A DNA stretch of 60,182 nt, the filler included. It is 5 parts of 5 records of this genome, joined end to end, with 100 filler letters (N's around TTAATTAATTAA, not from the genome) between each part and the next. Parts side by side here need not be neighbours in the genome. Positions count along the whole stretch, not along the records: positions 45,933 to 54,300 come from SRR31156797_621; positions 54,401 to 60,182 come from SRR31156797_629; 3 more parts are not named here. One strand, given 5' to 3'. The translations under genes were made by a program, and so were the position numbers. Numbering within the stretch: position 1 is the stretch's first letter; each line of letters opens with the position of its first letter. Shown here piece after piece: positions 50,900 through 60,182 of this stretch. The notes below the pieces were generated by a model, which saw only the letters and a list, made by a program, of their open reading frames with translations, did not search any database and had not been told where the DNA came from.

Positions 50900-51626
50900 T
50901 TTGTTTAATTATTTCATCAAACATATGTTTTACCTGTAAATCACCAAATCCATAAATTGGTTCTTGTTTACAGAATTCGAGGAATACAGGGGCAAACTCT
51001 TTAGTATTAAGTTTATTAATAATCTGCGCTAATTTCTTTTTAGGAATACCTAAACTTATCGAGATACTTGCATAAACGGCTGGTTCAACAAACGGAAAAT
51101 GAGTATTCAATTGTCGTGCCAGCGAAATCATTTCTGTGCTATCGTTACGGCAATAGGCAGACCAAAGATTTTGAAAGTTAGACAGTTCTTTGATCGTTAT
51201 TTCAGTTTTTTCCTTTAATACTGATTTTAATTCGTTTGCCGACATGTTACCAAAGTTGTATTCATTTCCGTGCGACGGACGAACAAGAAACAATCGGTTT
51301 GTTAAACCGAAACATTTTATGAGGTGAGCAATAAACCAAAAGTTACTCTGACAGAATAAGTCATCTTCAAACCATAGGTTAATTTCATCATCTTCAGGAA
51401 TATCTTTTATCTTGAAAAGCTCCTGTTGAGATTTTTGCTTATAACCTGCGTTGCTTATTTTATATTGATTTTGAAAGAATACAGCTCGATTCTTAAAAAA
51501 AGTATCAAGTTCATTTCCCTCTTTGGGGCCTTCAATCATGCACTCTCTGCAAACAATCTTATTTCCGGAAACTATTGTTTCAAGCTGGAGAAGTAGTGCA
51601 TCCCCATTTAAAATACGTGTTATCAT
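50892..51626 (-). CDS. DUF1835-like protein
   Basis: ILNGDAL, LWFEDDLFCQ.N, YGFGDLQ. Confidence 0.75.
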   Translation of the reverse strand: MITRILNGDALLLQLETIVSGNKIVCRECMIEGPKEGNELDTFFKNRAVFFQNQYKISNAGYKQKSQQELFKIKDIPEDDEINLWFEDDLFCQSNFWFIAHLIKCFGLTNRLFLVRPSHGNEYNFGNMSANELKSVLKEKTEITIKELSNFQNLWSAYCRNDSTEMISLARQLNTHFPFVEPAVYASISISLGIPKKKLAQIINKLNTKEFAPVFLEFCKQEPIYGFGDLQVKHMFDEIIKQNE

Positions 51627-51997
51627 TTTTCAAATTCAATTAGTTCAACAGGTGCCCCGTTGTGTTCAATCATTGCTACCCGTACACCTTCCATTGGAGG
51701 ATTTGGAGGAGTAATAACAGTAAAGTCCCTGTTATTCAGTTCAAAATCTAAATCATTAACCTCAAAAGCCAGATGTGGTACTTCTTGAATCAGTTGATGG
51801 ATCGGACTGTCTTCTTCAAATCGCATCCACTCCACTCCAAACGGACTGGTTGGAAACCCAGAATGAAAGAATTTGAATTGCGGCAGGTAATTCTCATCGG
51901 TCATTTTTATTTTGGTAGGAATGCCTATATGATGATACTTCCAGCCCCATTTCTCAGTTACTTCGGGTAATTCATATTCTTTTCTTAAATCTTTCAT
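51623..51997 (-). CDS. VOC/glyoxalase-like protein
   Basis: YHHIGIP, PHLAFEV.DL, PVELIE. Confidence 0.75.
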   Translation of the reverse strand: MKDLRKEYELPEVTEKWGWKYHHIGIPTKIKMTDENYLPQFKFFHSGFPTSPFGVEWMRFEEDSPIHQLIQEVPHLAFEVNDLDFELNNRDFTVITPPNPPMEGVRVAMIEHNGAPVELIEFEK

Positions 51998-52072
51998 GCT
52001 TCTAATAGGTATATGCTTTTATTTCTTTGCAGCCTGATTATAATAAATCCTGATACTTTAATGGATAAGCTT

Positions 52073-52564
52073 CTAAAGTAGTTGTTCTATTATAATTTCT
52101 TTTCCACGAAACATAAATTTATCTCCCTCTTTTTTACCATGGAGCAATTTGCCAATGGGAGAGGCCAGTGAAATACAATAACAACTGCCAAAATCTGTTT
52201 TAAGTTCACCAATAGCTATAGAAATAAAGTAGTTGTTTTCTGCAGTAATAACAAAGCTACCAAATTCAACATGTAAACTTTTTTTGTTTGGTGTAATTTT
52301 TTGAATTTCCGTTTTAAGTACTTCTGTATTTTGAAGTTGAATGCGGTATTTTTCAACTTCTTGTTGCATTAAAGTTCGTCCGGTTTCATATTTGTCGCCA
52401 ACACTACTTTTGGTTTCATTGTCACGCGACTCTTTAGCCGACTCATAAGCAACACGAGCCAGGTTAATTCGTTCATTAAAAATTTTCAATAGCTTTAATA
52501 GAATTTTCTCTTTCATTATTAGCCAAAGATAACTATCCCGGGCAATGACAGAAAAGAAATACAA
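52073..52564 (-). CDS. GreA/GreB-related protein (Bacteroidota type)
   Basis: TKSSVGDKYETGR..MQ, ISLASPIG..L.GK; start probably at the internal MKEKILL. Confidence 0.8.
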   Translation of the reverse strand: MYFFSVIARDSYLWLIMKEKILLKLLKIFNERINLARVAYESAKESRDNETKSSVGDKYETGRTLMQQEVEKYRIQLQNTEVLKTEIQKITPNKKSLHVEFGSFVITAENNYFISIAIGELKTDFGSCYCISLASPIGKLLHGKKEGDKFMFRGKEIIIEQLL

Positions 52565-52576
52565 GAAGGGAGTGGC

Positions 52577-53758
52577 TTATTTAGGTAATTTTATAAAAAA
52601 TGTAGTTCCGTTTTCAGCTGAGCTTGAGAATGATACTAATCCTTTAAGGTATTTCTCTCCCAATAACTTCATACTGTATGTTCCTAAGCCTCTGCCTTTT
52701 CCTTTTGTTGAATAGAATCTTTTAAAGAGTTGATTCTGAATTTCTTTGGGCATGTGGCTTTTATTGTGGACAGAGAAGGTGATTTCTTCTTCATTACCAT
52801 TGCAGCACAAAACAATTGAATCGTCCGGAACATTTACTTCGATTGCATTTTTTATCATATTGCCTAAAATGCGTTTAAGAAGAACTCTATCGGTTTTTAC
52901 GAAGCAATTAGCTGATTTTTTATCGATTATAATTCGTTTGCCATAATTCAGTTCATGTTTGGCGTACATAGCCTGCAATTCTTTCAATATTGGAACAGTG
53001 TCCATTTCGGTTAACAAGGGTTTTAGTTCCCCGCGTTCTGCAGCTCCTAATTCTCTTTGCGATTGAATCTCATCAATAAGACTTTGGGATGCTTCTTCTA
53101 TTGTTTTTGCCAACTCATGTGCTTCGTCAATATCTTCAATCTCATTTATAATCGATGACAATCCGGAAATAGCACCTGCGCTGTTTAAGATATTGTGGAT
53201 AAAAACCCGCTCTAATGATCTTCTTCTTTTATCATCACTTATATCTTTAATGGAAAAAATTGTAAGTTTTTGTTCTTCAATCATTAAAGGACTTGCAGTA
53301 ACTTCAATATCTAACGCATCGTTATTTATGGTTAGGATCTGACATTCTTTTTTTGATTGTTTACCCTTTTGAGACTCTAAAATCGCATTAACCGCTCCAC
53401 AATTCTTACACGCTTCGGACGTACCACAACCATTAGAACCAAAAGCGTTTCGACAACTAAAACTTTCACCCGGGCGATTACCAATAATTGGATCTACATT
53501 TAAGGTGGAGCAAAATTCCTTGTAACTTTTGTTTGCGTAAACAACCTGCCGGTGCTGATTTAATATAAGTACCATTTGTGAAACTGATTCCACAAAACTT
53601 ACCAGTTGTTTATTGCCCAGAATAATTTTTGATTGGGTTTCCAGTTGCCCATTGGTAAATCGCACCGCCGGAGCATAACTCGTTAGGGTAAAATCTTCAA
53701 ACATGTGTACGTCCTTTAATGGTTTGTGCCGGCAATATACGTTACTATGGTTCACCAA
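52577..53758 (-). CDS. PAS sensor histidine kinase
   Basis: Cys-rich PAS (C.N...GCGT...C..C), H-box FIHNILN, NMIKNAIE, STKGKGRGLG. Confidence 0.9.
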   Translation of the reverse strand: MVNHSNVYCRHKPLKDVHMFEDFTLTSYAPAVRFTNGQLETQSKIILGNKQLVSFVESVSQMVLILNQHRQVVYANKSYKEFCSTLNVDPIIGNRPGESFSCRNAFGSNGCGTSEACKNCGAVNAILESQKGKQSKKECQILTINNDALDIEVTASPLMIEEQKLTIFSIKDISDDKRRRSLERVFIHNILNSAGAISGLSSIINEIEDIDEAHELAKTIEEASQSLIDEIQSQRELGAAERGELKPLLTEMDTVPILKELQAMYAKHELNYGKRIIIDKKSANCFVKTDRVLLKRILGNMIKNAIEVNVPDDSIVLCCNGNEEEITFSVHNKSHMPKEIQNQLFKRFYSTKGKGRGLGTYSMKLLGEKYLKGLVSFSSSAENGTTFFIKLPK

Positions 53759-53850
53759 TCAAAGTTTGTTTGCTGAATATTAGGTAATTAATGCTGAAAA
53801 TTGACTAAGGAAATGTATAGATAGTTTGTGCTATGTTAACCGCGGAAATC

Positions 53851-53887
53851 AAAAAAAGGCTGGTTTTTCAAGGAAAACCAGCCTTTT
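53851..53887 (-). terminator. Rho-independent terminator
   Basis: AAAAGGCTGGTTTT...AAAACCAGCCTTTT inverted repeat with A/T tracts. Confidence 0.8.
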
Positions 53888-53910
53888 GTAAGTAGCTATT
53901 ATGTTGTCAG

Positions 53911-54300
53911 TTATTTTTTTGCCCACGCTGTTCCAAGTGGTAAAACTGTTTTCCCTGCAACATCATTAATAATTATTGCCGCCATCATATACCAGGCTGC
54001 TAATGCACAGAATATTAATTCGTAACCGGCTACTACATTCATTTTTGGAAATCCAAAGTGTCCGATAACTAAAAGAATAAATCCAATTTCCAGAAGAATA
54101 AATGTTATGGCCATTGCTTTATGAACATAAAATGAAGCAATCAAAAGAATACAGGTATACGAAGCCCAGGCAACCAGGTACCAACCCACATCGGTATGCG
54201 AAGCAGCATAAATGTTAAAATGATTTAGTAACCAGATAATTCCAAGACCGATCCAGAATGAACCATAGGCAACAAAGGCACTAAAACCAAAATTGTTACC
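53911..54300 (-). CDS. Acetate uptake transporter (SatP/GPR1/FUN34), 5'-truncated
   Basis: GNNFGFSAFVAYGSFW, AWY...A.IIN..G..VLPLG. Confidence 0.85.
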   Translation of the reverse strand, partial: GNNFGFSAFVAYGSFWIGLGIIWLLNHFNIYAASHTDVGWYLVAWASYTCILLIASFYVHKAMAITFILLEIGFILLVIGHFGFPKMNVVAGYELIFCALAAWYMMAAIIINDVAGKTVLPLGTAWAKK

Positions 54301-54400
54301 NNNNNNNNNNNNNNNNNNNNNNNNNNNNNNNNNNNNNNNNNNNNTTAATTAATTAANNNNNNNNNNNNNNNNNNNNNNNNNNNNNNNNNNNNNNNNNNNN
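54301..54400. other. Artificial contig spacer
   Basis: N44-TTAATTAATTAA-N44. Confidence 0.98.
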
Positions 54401-54764
54401 CAAAAGGGATTTTGTCTTCCGTTTACATAAAGTGATATTATATCAAAAAATTGCTTTTATTACTGAGGTAATTTAATAGCCTTTTGGGGGCTTTTCCCCC
54501 ACACCCCCCCCGTCTCTTCCAAAAAGCCAAAAATCAAGTCCAAGCTTATTAATAAAAATATTCTACAGGATAAAGTATATATGATGGCTGTTTGATATTG
54601 AAACATTCATAAAATTTAAATACAAATATATGCTAATCAATAGAATTAATAATAAATAATATAATTATGTATACTTTAAGGAAATAATTTAATGTAATAT
54701 ATTGCATATAAACATGAATTATGGTAAATTATTAAAGAATGTATATTAAGAGTAGAGGTCAACC

Positions 54765-55898
54765 ATGCCACATTGCAAGAAACAAATGTTATCGTTTTTT
54801 TTAACTACTAAGTGTAATTTATGTTGTGTATATTGTTATAATGCAAAAGAAAGAAATAAGTTAGAAGAAAAAACACTTCCATTAGAAATAGCTAAAAGTG
54901 GAATAGATTATTTTTTTAATAATTTTGAAAGCAGGCATATTAGATTTTACGGACCTGGCGAACCAACGCAAGAATTCGAATTAATGACAGAAATTGTGAA
55001 TTATGCGAAAGAAAAAGGTGGTCAAGAAGTAACAGTAGAAATACAAACAAATGGTGTATTTGATGAGAATGTTAGGAAATGGATGTTAGAGAATATGAAT
55101 ATTTTGTGGCTATCATTTGATGGACCTCCAGACATTCAGAATTTTAATAGACCTATTAATCCTAAATACAGTGTTTTTGGAAAATCATCTTCAGATGTTA
55201 TTGAAAAAAATGTAAGGTGGCTAAATAATCATAGTGATAAAAATAAACTCATGGTGGGAGCAAGAGTAACAATTTCCAATAAGAATGTTGACAGGCAAAT
55301 TGAAATGGTTGATTATTTTAAAAGCTTAGGTATAAGATATATTTGGACAGATCCAATTTTTCAGAGTGTTGAAAAAATACCTGTATGTGATGATAAAGAA
55401 AAACTTGCATCATATGATTTTGATATGGATAAATACGTTGAAAATTATTTGAAAGCATATAAATATGCAAAGAATAAAGATATTTTTTACGGTAGTATTT
55501 TCACATGTAATTTTGATGGGAAAACAAATATACATTGTAGATGTTGCACTCCTGTTCCACATCTTACTCCAGATGGATATGTATCTGCGTGTGATATGGT
55601 TGTATTGGGAGAGGAGGCATATCATATGGATTGTTTTATATATGGGAAATGGGATGAAAGAGATAATAAATTTATTTTTAATAATGAAAAAATAAAAGCT
55701 TTACGAGATAGAAACATTGATAATATGATTCATTGTAAAACATGTGAAGCAAGATTTTATTGTGGAGGCTATTGTTTAGGAGAAGTGGTCAATGAAACTG
55801 GGAAATTACAAGGGCAAAAAGTAATTGCATGCAAAGCAATAAAAAAAATATTTAAAGAAATTGGCCCATGCAATACGTTTGAATATTTACATCCATAG
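54765..55898 (+). CDS. Radical SAM protein with SPASM domain
   Basis: CNLCCVYC, GPGEPT, QTNG, SFDG, DGYVSACD, CKTCEARFYCGGYC...C. Confidence 0.92.
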   Translation: MPHCKKQMLSFFLTTKCNLCCVYCYNAKERNKLEEKTLPLEIAKSGIDYFFNNFESRHIRFYGPGEPTQEFELMTEIVNYAKEKGGQEVTVEIQTNGVFDENVRKWMLENMNILWLSFDGPPDIQNFNRPINPKYSVFGKSSSDVIEKNVRWLNNHSDKNKLMVGARVTISNKNVDRQIEMVDYFKSLGIRYIWTDPIFQSVEKIPVCDDKEKLASYDFDMDKYVENYLKAYKYAKNKDIFYGSIFTCNFDGKTNIHCRCCTPVPHLTPDGYVSACDMVVLGEEAYHMDCFIYGKWDERDNKFIFNNEKIKALRDRNIDNMIHCKTCEARFYCGGYCLGEVVNETGKLQGQKVIACKAIKKIFKEIGPCNTFEYLHP

Positions 55899-55920
55899 AA
55901 TTATAAAAAATTAATAAAAT

Positions 55921-56742
55921 TTGGAGGCTAAAATGAAAAAGACCGCATTGATTACTGGAGTGTCGAAGAACATTGGTAAAAGTATTTGCAGGCAATTTGT
56001 TAACAAGGGATTTAAAGTTATTGGAACATATAAAAGTATGCTCGATGATTTAAAAAAAAGAGAAGAATTTAAGAAAGAATTCCCAGATGTAGATTTATAT
56101 AAAGTAAATCTATCAAATCAAGAGAATGTCACTAAATTTATAAGTGATGTGAAGAAATATAGGTTCGATGTAATTGTAAATAATGCAGGAATGTTTAATA
56201 TGATGCCGGATGGTTCGGTGAGGAATGAATTTTATGATTTTAATTTGCAAGAGTTTACTGATCTGTTTAACTGTGATTTGATATCAGTTGCTCGTATTTG
56301 TATCGAATTAAAGGAAAATATTAATGAAGGGGGCAGTATTGTAAATATTGCTAGTGGAGCTGCTACCAATGGTGCATTTGCTTCTATTTCTTATAATTCT
56401 GCAAAGGCAGCTCTCGTTAATTTAACACAAAGCTTATCAAATAGTTTTTATTATTATAAAAAAATTCGTGTTAACAGTGTATCTCCAGGTTGGGTAGCAG
56501 GAGAAGGTGGAGAGATGAATACTGATGGAGATGACCCTTTCATGAAAAATGTAGCAAGAGTAACTCCTATGGGACGAAATGGAAAACCTAGTGAAATTGC
56601 AGATGTTGTATATTACTTAACTAGCAATGAAGCATCTTTTATAACAGGTGCCGATATTGCGGTTGACGGTGGTTATTCGCATTTCGATGTTATATATTAC
56701 GAAGAAGCTACAGGAAAAACATTATTAAGCAAAGAAGATTAG
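55921..56742 (+). CDS. Short-chain dehydrogenase/reductase
   Basis: TGVSKNIG, VNNAG, YNSAK, IRVNSVSPG, VDGG. Confidence 0.93.
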   Translation: MEAKMKKTALITGVSKNIGKSICRQFVNKGFKVIGTYKSMLDDLKKREEFKKEFPDVDLYKVNLSNQENVTKFISDVKKYRFDVIVNNAGMFNMMPDGSVRNEFYDFNLQEFTDLFNCDLISVARICIELKENINEGGSIVNIASGAATNGAFASISYNSAKAALVNLTQSLSNSFYYYKKIRVNSVSPGWVAGEGGEMNTDGDDPFMKNVARVTPMGRNGKPSEIADVVYYLTSNEASFITGADIAVDGGYSHFDVIYYEEATGKTLLSKED

Positions 56743-56752
56743 AGGAAACTAT

Positions 56753-57685
56753 ATGACTTTTTCAAAAGCGAAATATGTCTTTTTATTAGTTATTCAATGT
56801 GCAATATTCGGATTTAGTTTTGTTGTAATAAAGAAGCTTATAGAATTAGGGTGCTCTACATTTATGCTCATGAGTATAAGATTTTTTATTGGAGTTGTTT
56901 TCTTGGTTATGATTAATAAAATTATTTCTAGTAAAAAAAATATAATCAGTTCACAAAATACAAAGGATGAACACTTTAAACGAGAAGCTATATATGGAAT
57001 CCTAGCTGGCACAATTTTATTTGTAGCATTTGCATTACAAACATTTGGTGCTAGATATACAACCCCAGCAAAGAATGGTTTACTTACAGGTCTGTTCGTA
57101 GTTCTTGTTCCAATATTATCTATGATGCTTAAAAAAAAGTTTTCGATAAAATCGATTGTAGTAGCATTTATTTGCTTTATTGGTGTATATATCGTTTCAA
57201 ATGCTAGTCTGCAAGTTATGGAAATGAATATAGGTGATTTTCTGACAATACTTTGTGGATTTATGTTTGCAATTCATTTTGTAGTTCTAGAGAAATTCGC
57301 ATTAAATGAAGATATTAATGTATTTAGATTTACTGTTATACAATTACTGATGGTTACTTTGATATCATTAACAGTCTCGTTATTATTCGAAAATAATAAT
57401 TATGGTTCAGTTGAATGGGGAAAAACTATCGGCTGGTTTTTGTTTATAGGAGCTATATCGACTTCAGTTACTTATATTATTCAAACAGTAGTACAAGCAA
57501 AATTAACAGCAAATACTGTTTCGGTTATATCATGTACTGAATCTGTTTTTGCTATTATAATTTCCTTATTACTAGGATATGAAATATTTTCAAATAATCT
57601 TTTATTTGGTTCAATTATAATTATCTCTTCTATGATATATGCCTCATTAATGGAAAAGGAGAAAAAAAATGAATATGAAAACTAA
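56753..57685 (+). CDS. EamA/DMT transporter
   Basis: About 10 TM helices, IFGFSFV..K, GDFLT, ESVFA. Confidence 0.9.
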   Translation: MTFSKAKYVFLLVIQCAIFGFSFVVIKKLIELGCSTFMLMSIRFFIGVVFLVMINKIISSKKNIISSQNTKDEHFKREAIYGILAGTILFVAFALQTFGARYTTPAKNGLLTGLFVVLVPILSMMLKKKFSIKSIVVAFICFIGVYIVSNASLQVMEMNIGDFLTILCGFMFAIHFVVLEKFALNEDINVFRFTVIQLLMVTLISLTVSLLFENNNYGSVEWGKTIGWFLFIGAISTSVTYIIQTVVQAKLTANTVSVISCTESVFAIIISLLLGYEIFSNNLLFGSIIIISSMIYASLMEKEKKNEYEN

Positions 57686-58517
57686 TAGAGAGATAAAAAT
57701 AAAAGTACTTAATCCTACGACAAATACTGCAAGTATTACAATACTACCTATTATAATAACTAATCTTTTTATTTTTACTTTAGTTTACCAAAATATAGAT
57801 AAAATATCTAAATTAGTATTAGGAATAATTATTCTTGGTGCACTAATAATATCTCTTATCATATTGAGCATTTTTTCTAAAGATTCTTATATAAACATAA
57901 AAAAAGTAGAAGAAGAAAAACTGATGAAATTATGCCGAAAATGTGCAATGGATGACACGAAGCATGCATTAGCAGAATATGGTCTGATTACACTGGATAG
58001 ATTGCTTTTAAAAGAAAGAGAATTGAAAAATAATAAAAAACCAAAATCATGTATAGTATATAACTATACTACATTGGATACTACTTTTGATAATTGTTCA
58101 AACAGTGATTTGTCTAATAATAACGACAATATAATTAGAATTATACAAAATAATATTAAATCTGGTATTAAATATATAATATTGTATACAAATAAAGAGT
58201 TTGTTGAAACCGAATTTAATAATGATTTATATGGGAAAAAAAATCTTTTTTATGTAGAAAATGATGAGTTATATAAAAACGCCTATTTTGATATATTAAT
58301 TTATAAAACTCCTCAACGTATTGAAGGATTTGTCACTGTGAATTTCTCATCGACAGATGCTCATTGTGAAACATGTGAGCATAAAAATAAATGTGATATT
58401 AAAAATGCTAATTTATTTTATCAAGAATTATCTCCTCATGCAACAAATGTTTTAATAAAAAAAATAAATAAATTAACTAATAAACGAGGAAATCAAAATG
58501 AAAATACAAGGCAATAA
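57669..58517 (+). CDS. 2TM protein with unknown soluble domain (paralog 1)
   Basis: Two N-terminal TM helices; NNIKSGIKY, FDILIY; CETC...C. Confidence 0.75.
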   Translation: MNMKTNREIKIKVLNPTTNTASITILPIIITNLFIFTLVYQNIDKISKLVLGIIILGALIISLIILSIFSKDSYINIKKVEEEKLMKLCRKCAMDDTKHALAEYGLITLDRLLLKERELKNNKKPKSCIVYNYTTLDTTFDNCSNSDLSNNNDNIIRIIQNNIKSGIKYIILYTNKEFVETEFNNDLYGKKNLFYVENDELYKNAYFDILIYKTPQRIEGFVTVNFSSTDAHCETCEHKNKCDIKNANLFYQELSPHATNVLIKKINKLTNKRGNQNENTRQ

Positions 58518-59364
58518 GATTCCTATTAGTGTAATAAATATAATTTTACTTGTTTGCTCAATTTTTTTCGCACTAATAATATCAAATTTCATTGGAGAAG
58601 GCGTACCTACCAATCATTATTGGCTAGCTGCATTTATAATTACTATAATAATCATATTATTATATTATAGTATATTGGGTATACTACTTTTATATGAAAG
58701 TAAGGGGTTGGAAGTTGATGAATCATTCAAAGATATACAAATGTGTCTTTATAGGGAATGGATATGTTGTGGTAGTGTAAATATAGATCAAGTGAAAAAA
58801 AACTTTGATTTCAGTCCTAGTCAACCTTTAATCAAGGAACTGGAGGATAAGTTTTCTTTAGTTCAACAAAAAAATATCCTTGAACGTGAAATATCTTTTT
58901 TTAAAGATAATGGTAGAGCCATATGGATTGTCTCTTCAAATCTGAAATCCGAAATAGAAGGTGGAGCAGTAAATATTGTAGGGAATAACTTGAAAAAATC
59001 GATAGTTTATAATGAATTTTATTCGGAAATTGATTCAGATAATAGAAAGAATGCGGATGCAATAAGAAATGTAACTATTTTGCAAACAAAATATAGTAAT
59101 AGCAGTAATATAAATTTCATTGCATATAAAAAACCATATGGAGGGCTAGACGGTTTTATACTAGATTTGTTTGGTATTGCGATTTATGAATATAAAGATA
59201 ATACTATTACAGCATATTTTTCAATTAGAAGTTCGATTATGAATAAAAAACCAATTTATTTTAAGATGCCTGAATGCATGGGTGCAAGATACTTCCTAAT
59301 GCTTTTAGAAATAAAAAATAAATATGAATATGAAAATAAACCAGATATAGAAATGGCTGAGTGA
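58498..59364 (+). CDS. 2TM protein with unknown soluble domain (paralog 2)
   Basis: Two N-terminal TM helices; IWIVS, NNLKKSIVY, FGIAIY. Confidence 0.75.
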   Translation: MKIQGNKIPISVINIILLVCSIFFALIISNFIGEGVPTNHYWLAAFIITIIIILLYYSILGILLLYESKGLEVDESFKDIQMCLYREWICCGSVNIDQVKKNFDFSPSQPLIKELEDKFSLVQQKNILEREISFFKDNGRAIWIVSSNLKSEIEGGAVNIVGNNLKKSIVYNEFYSEIDSDNRKNADAIRNVTILQTKYSNSSNINFIAYKKPYGGLDGFILDLFGIAIYEYKDNTITAYFSIRSSIMNKKPIYFKMPECMGARYFLMLLEIKNKYEYENKPDIEMAE

Positions 59365-59373
59365 GGTGACTAT

Positions 59374-59880
59374 ATGAAATTAATCTATAAAAAAGTTCCA
59401 TTTGAAGATTGGGATATGCTATTTGAAGTAATTAATAAAGTGTTATTCGAGATGGAAAGAAAAGAATTTTTCATTCCATATACAACAGAAGAATTAGAAA
59501 AAATATTTGATGAATCGTATGCTTTTTTGCATGGTGCTTATGATGGAGACAAACTTGTTGGTATAGCTCAACTATATGTGGATCAGGAAATGTTGAAGGA
59601 GTATGCTGAAATTCTGAACATATCTAATGAAGCAGTATGTGAATTAGGAGGGAATTTAGTTTTATCTGAATATAGAGGCTTGGGCATTATGACATCTTTG
59701 ATAAAAATTCAATTAGACTTAGCTTTTGAAAAAAAATATAATTATGTTATTGCAATGGCACATCCTGATAATATAGGCAGTATAAAAGCGATAGAAAGAC
59801 TTGGTTTAAATTTCGTAAGAAGAGAAGTTTTAAATAATGATTTTCTTAGAAATATCTATATGAAAGAGCTTTGCACATAA
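59374..59880 (+). CDS. GNAT N-acetyltransferase
   Basis: V..EYRGLGI, AHPDN..S......LG; RBS GAGGTG. Confidence 0.9.
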   Translation: MKLIYKKVPFEDWDMLFEVINKVLFEMERKEFFIPYTTEELEKIFDESYAFLHGAYDGDKLVGIAQLYVDQEMLKEYAEILNISNEAVCELGGNLVLSEYRGLGIMTSLIKIQLDLAFEKKYNYVIAMAHPDNIGSIKAIERLGLNFVRREVLNNDFLRNIYMKELCT

Positions 59881-60151
59881 TAATGTAAACTATATATAGA
59901 ATTCGATTTTTAGTGATAGCTACTCTGATATAAATTTATCATCTCTACAACTAGTAATTAAAATATTTAATAACTAGTTACTAAATGTGATAAGATGCAA
60001 TGTAGCCAAATGTAGCCATTTCTAAATATCACCTAATAGAATCACTAATAAACAACATAAATAAAAGAGCTAATCAGCTCTTTTTCTATTAATTAATATA
60101 TCTAATGCAAACATATGTATGCATTTTCGTTCAATGTATGTGTACTCATAA

Positions 60152-60176
60152 AGTTCGACTCCCCTCGCCTCCACCA
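60152..60176 (+). other. att core: displaced 3' end of tmRNA (ssrA)
   Basis: AGTTCGACTCCCCTCGCCTCCACCA, identical to the reverse complement of 17936-17960; no tmRNA body upstream. Confidence 0.8.
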
Positions 60177-60182
60177 TATTTA

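Noticed and set aside
24838-54400. Apparent cross-domain mosaic (archaeal tfb beside bacterial glycan genes; integrase beside flippase)
   Set aside because: Every junction is an identical artificial N/TTAATTAATTAA spacer, so adjacency across spacers has no biological meaning
54765-55898. Prokaryotic viperin, anaerobic sulfatase maturase or RiPP maturase
   Set aside because: It has a SPASM domain, unlike viperin; no sulfatase, RRE or precursor peptide is visible, although sequence upstream of 54401 is missing
839-57012. The many short ORFs antisense to or nested in larger genes, and ORFs running into N spacers (e.g. 38843-39133, 45683-45880)
   Set aside because: They lie within well-supported genes, lack RBS or motifs, or are spacer artefacts

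Overview
The window is not one genome. It is five unrelated contigs joined by four artificial 100-nt spacers (N44-TTAATTAATTAA-N44). (1) 1-24837, Clostridia-like: an isolated terS-terL-portal phage head trio, accessory housekeeping genes, two pseudogenes, and a nearly complete filamentous-phage (inovirus-like) prophage bounded by a tmRNA 3'-end att site. The prophage carries an unannotated M13-pVIII-like major coat gene plus two coat paralogs with acidic tails. (2) 24938-38798, very AT-rich, probably Campylobacterota: a surface-polysaccharide locus (wbp/wbm-like). (3) 38899-45832, archaeal, Methanosarcinaceae-like: tfb, trm5, tRNA-Thr(CGT), then an AT-rich defence-like island (AbrB-like, GNAT plus small partner, ClpP-class protease plus peptide, HsdR). 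(4) 45933-54300, Bacteroidota-like: AraC / UroD-family / RhaT cluster and general genes. (5) 54401-60182, Firmicutes-like: a six-gene operon (radical SAM-SPASM, SDR, EamA, two paralogous 2TM proteins, GNAT) ending at the same 25-bp tmRNA att core as contig 1. The best candidates for undescribed systems are the radical SAM / 2TM operon and the inovirus coat-paralog array. All calls come from reading motifs by eye. No searches were run, and the taxonomic labels are inference.
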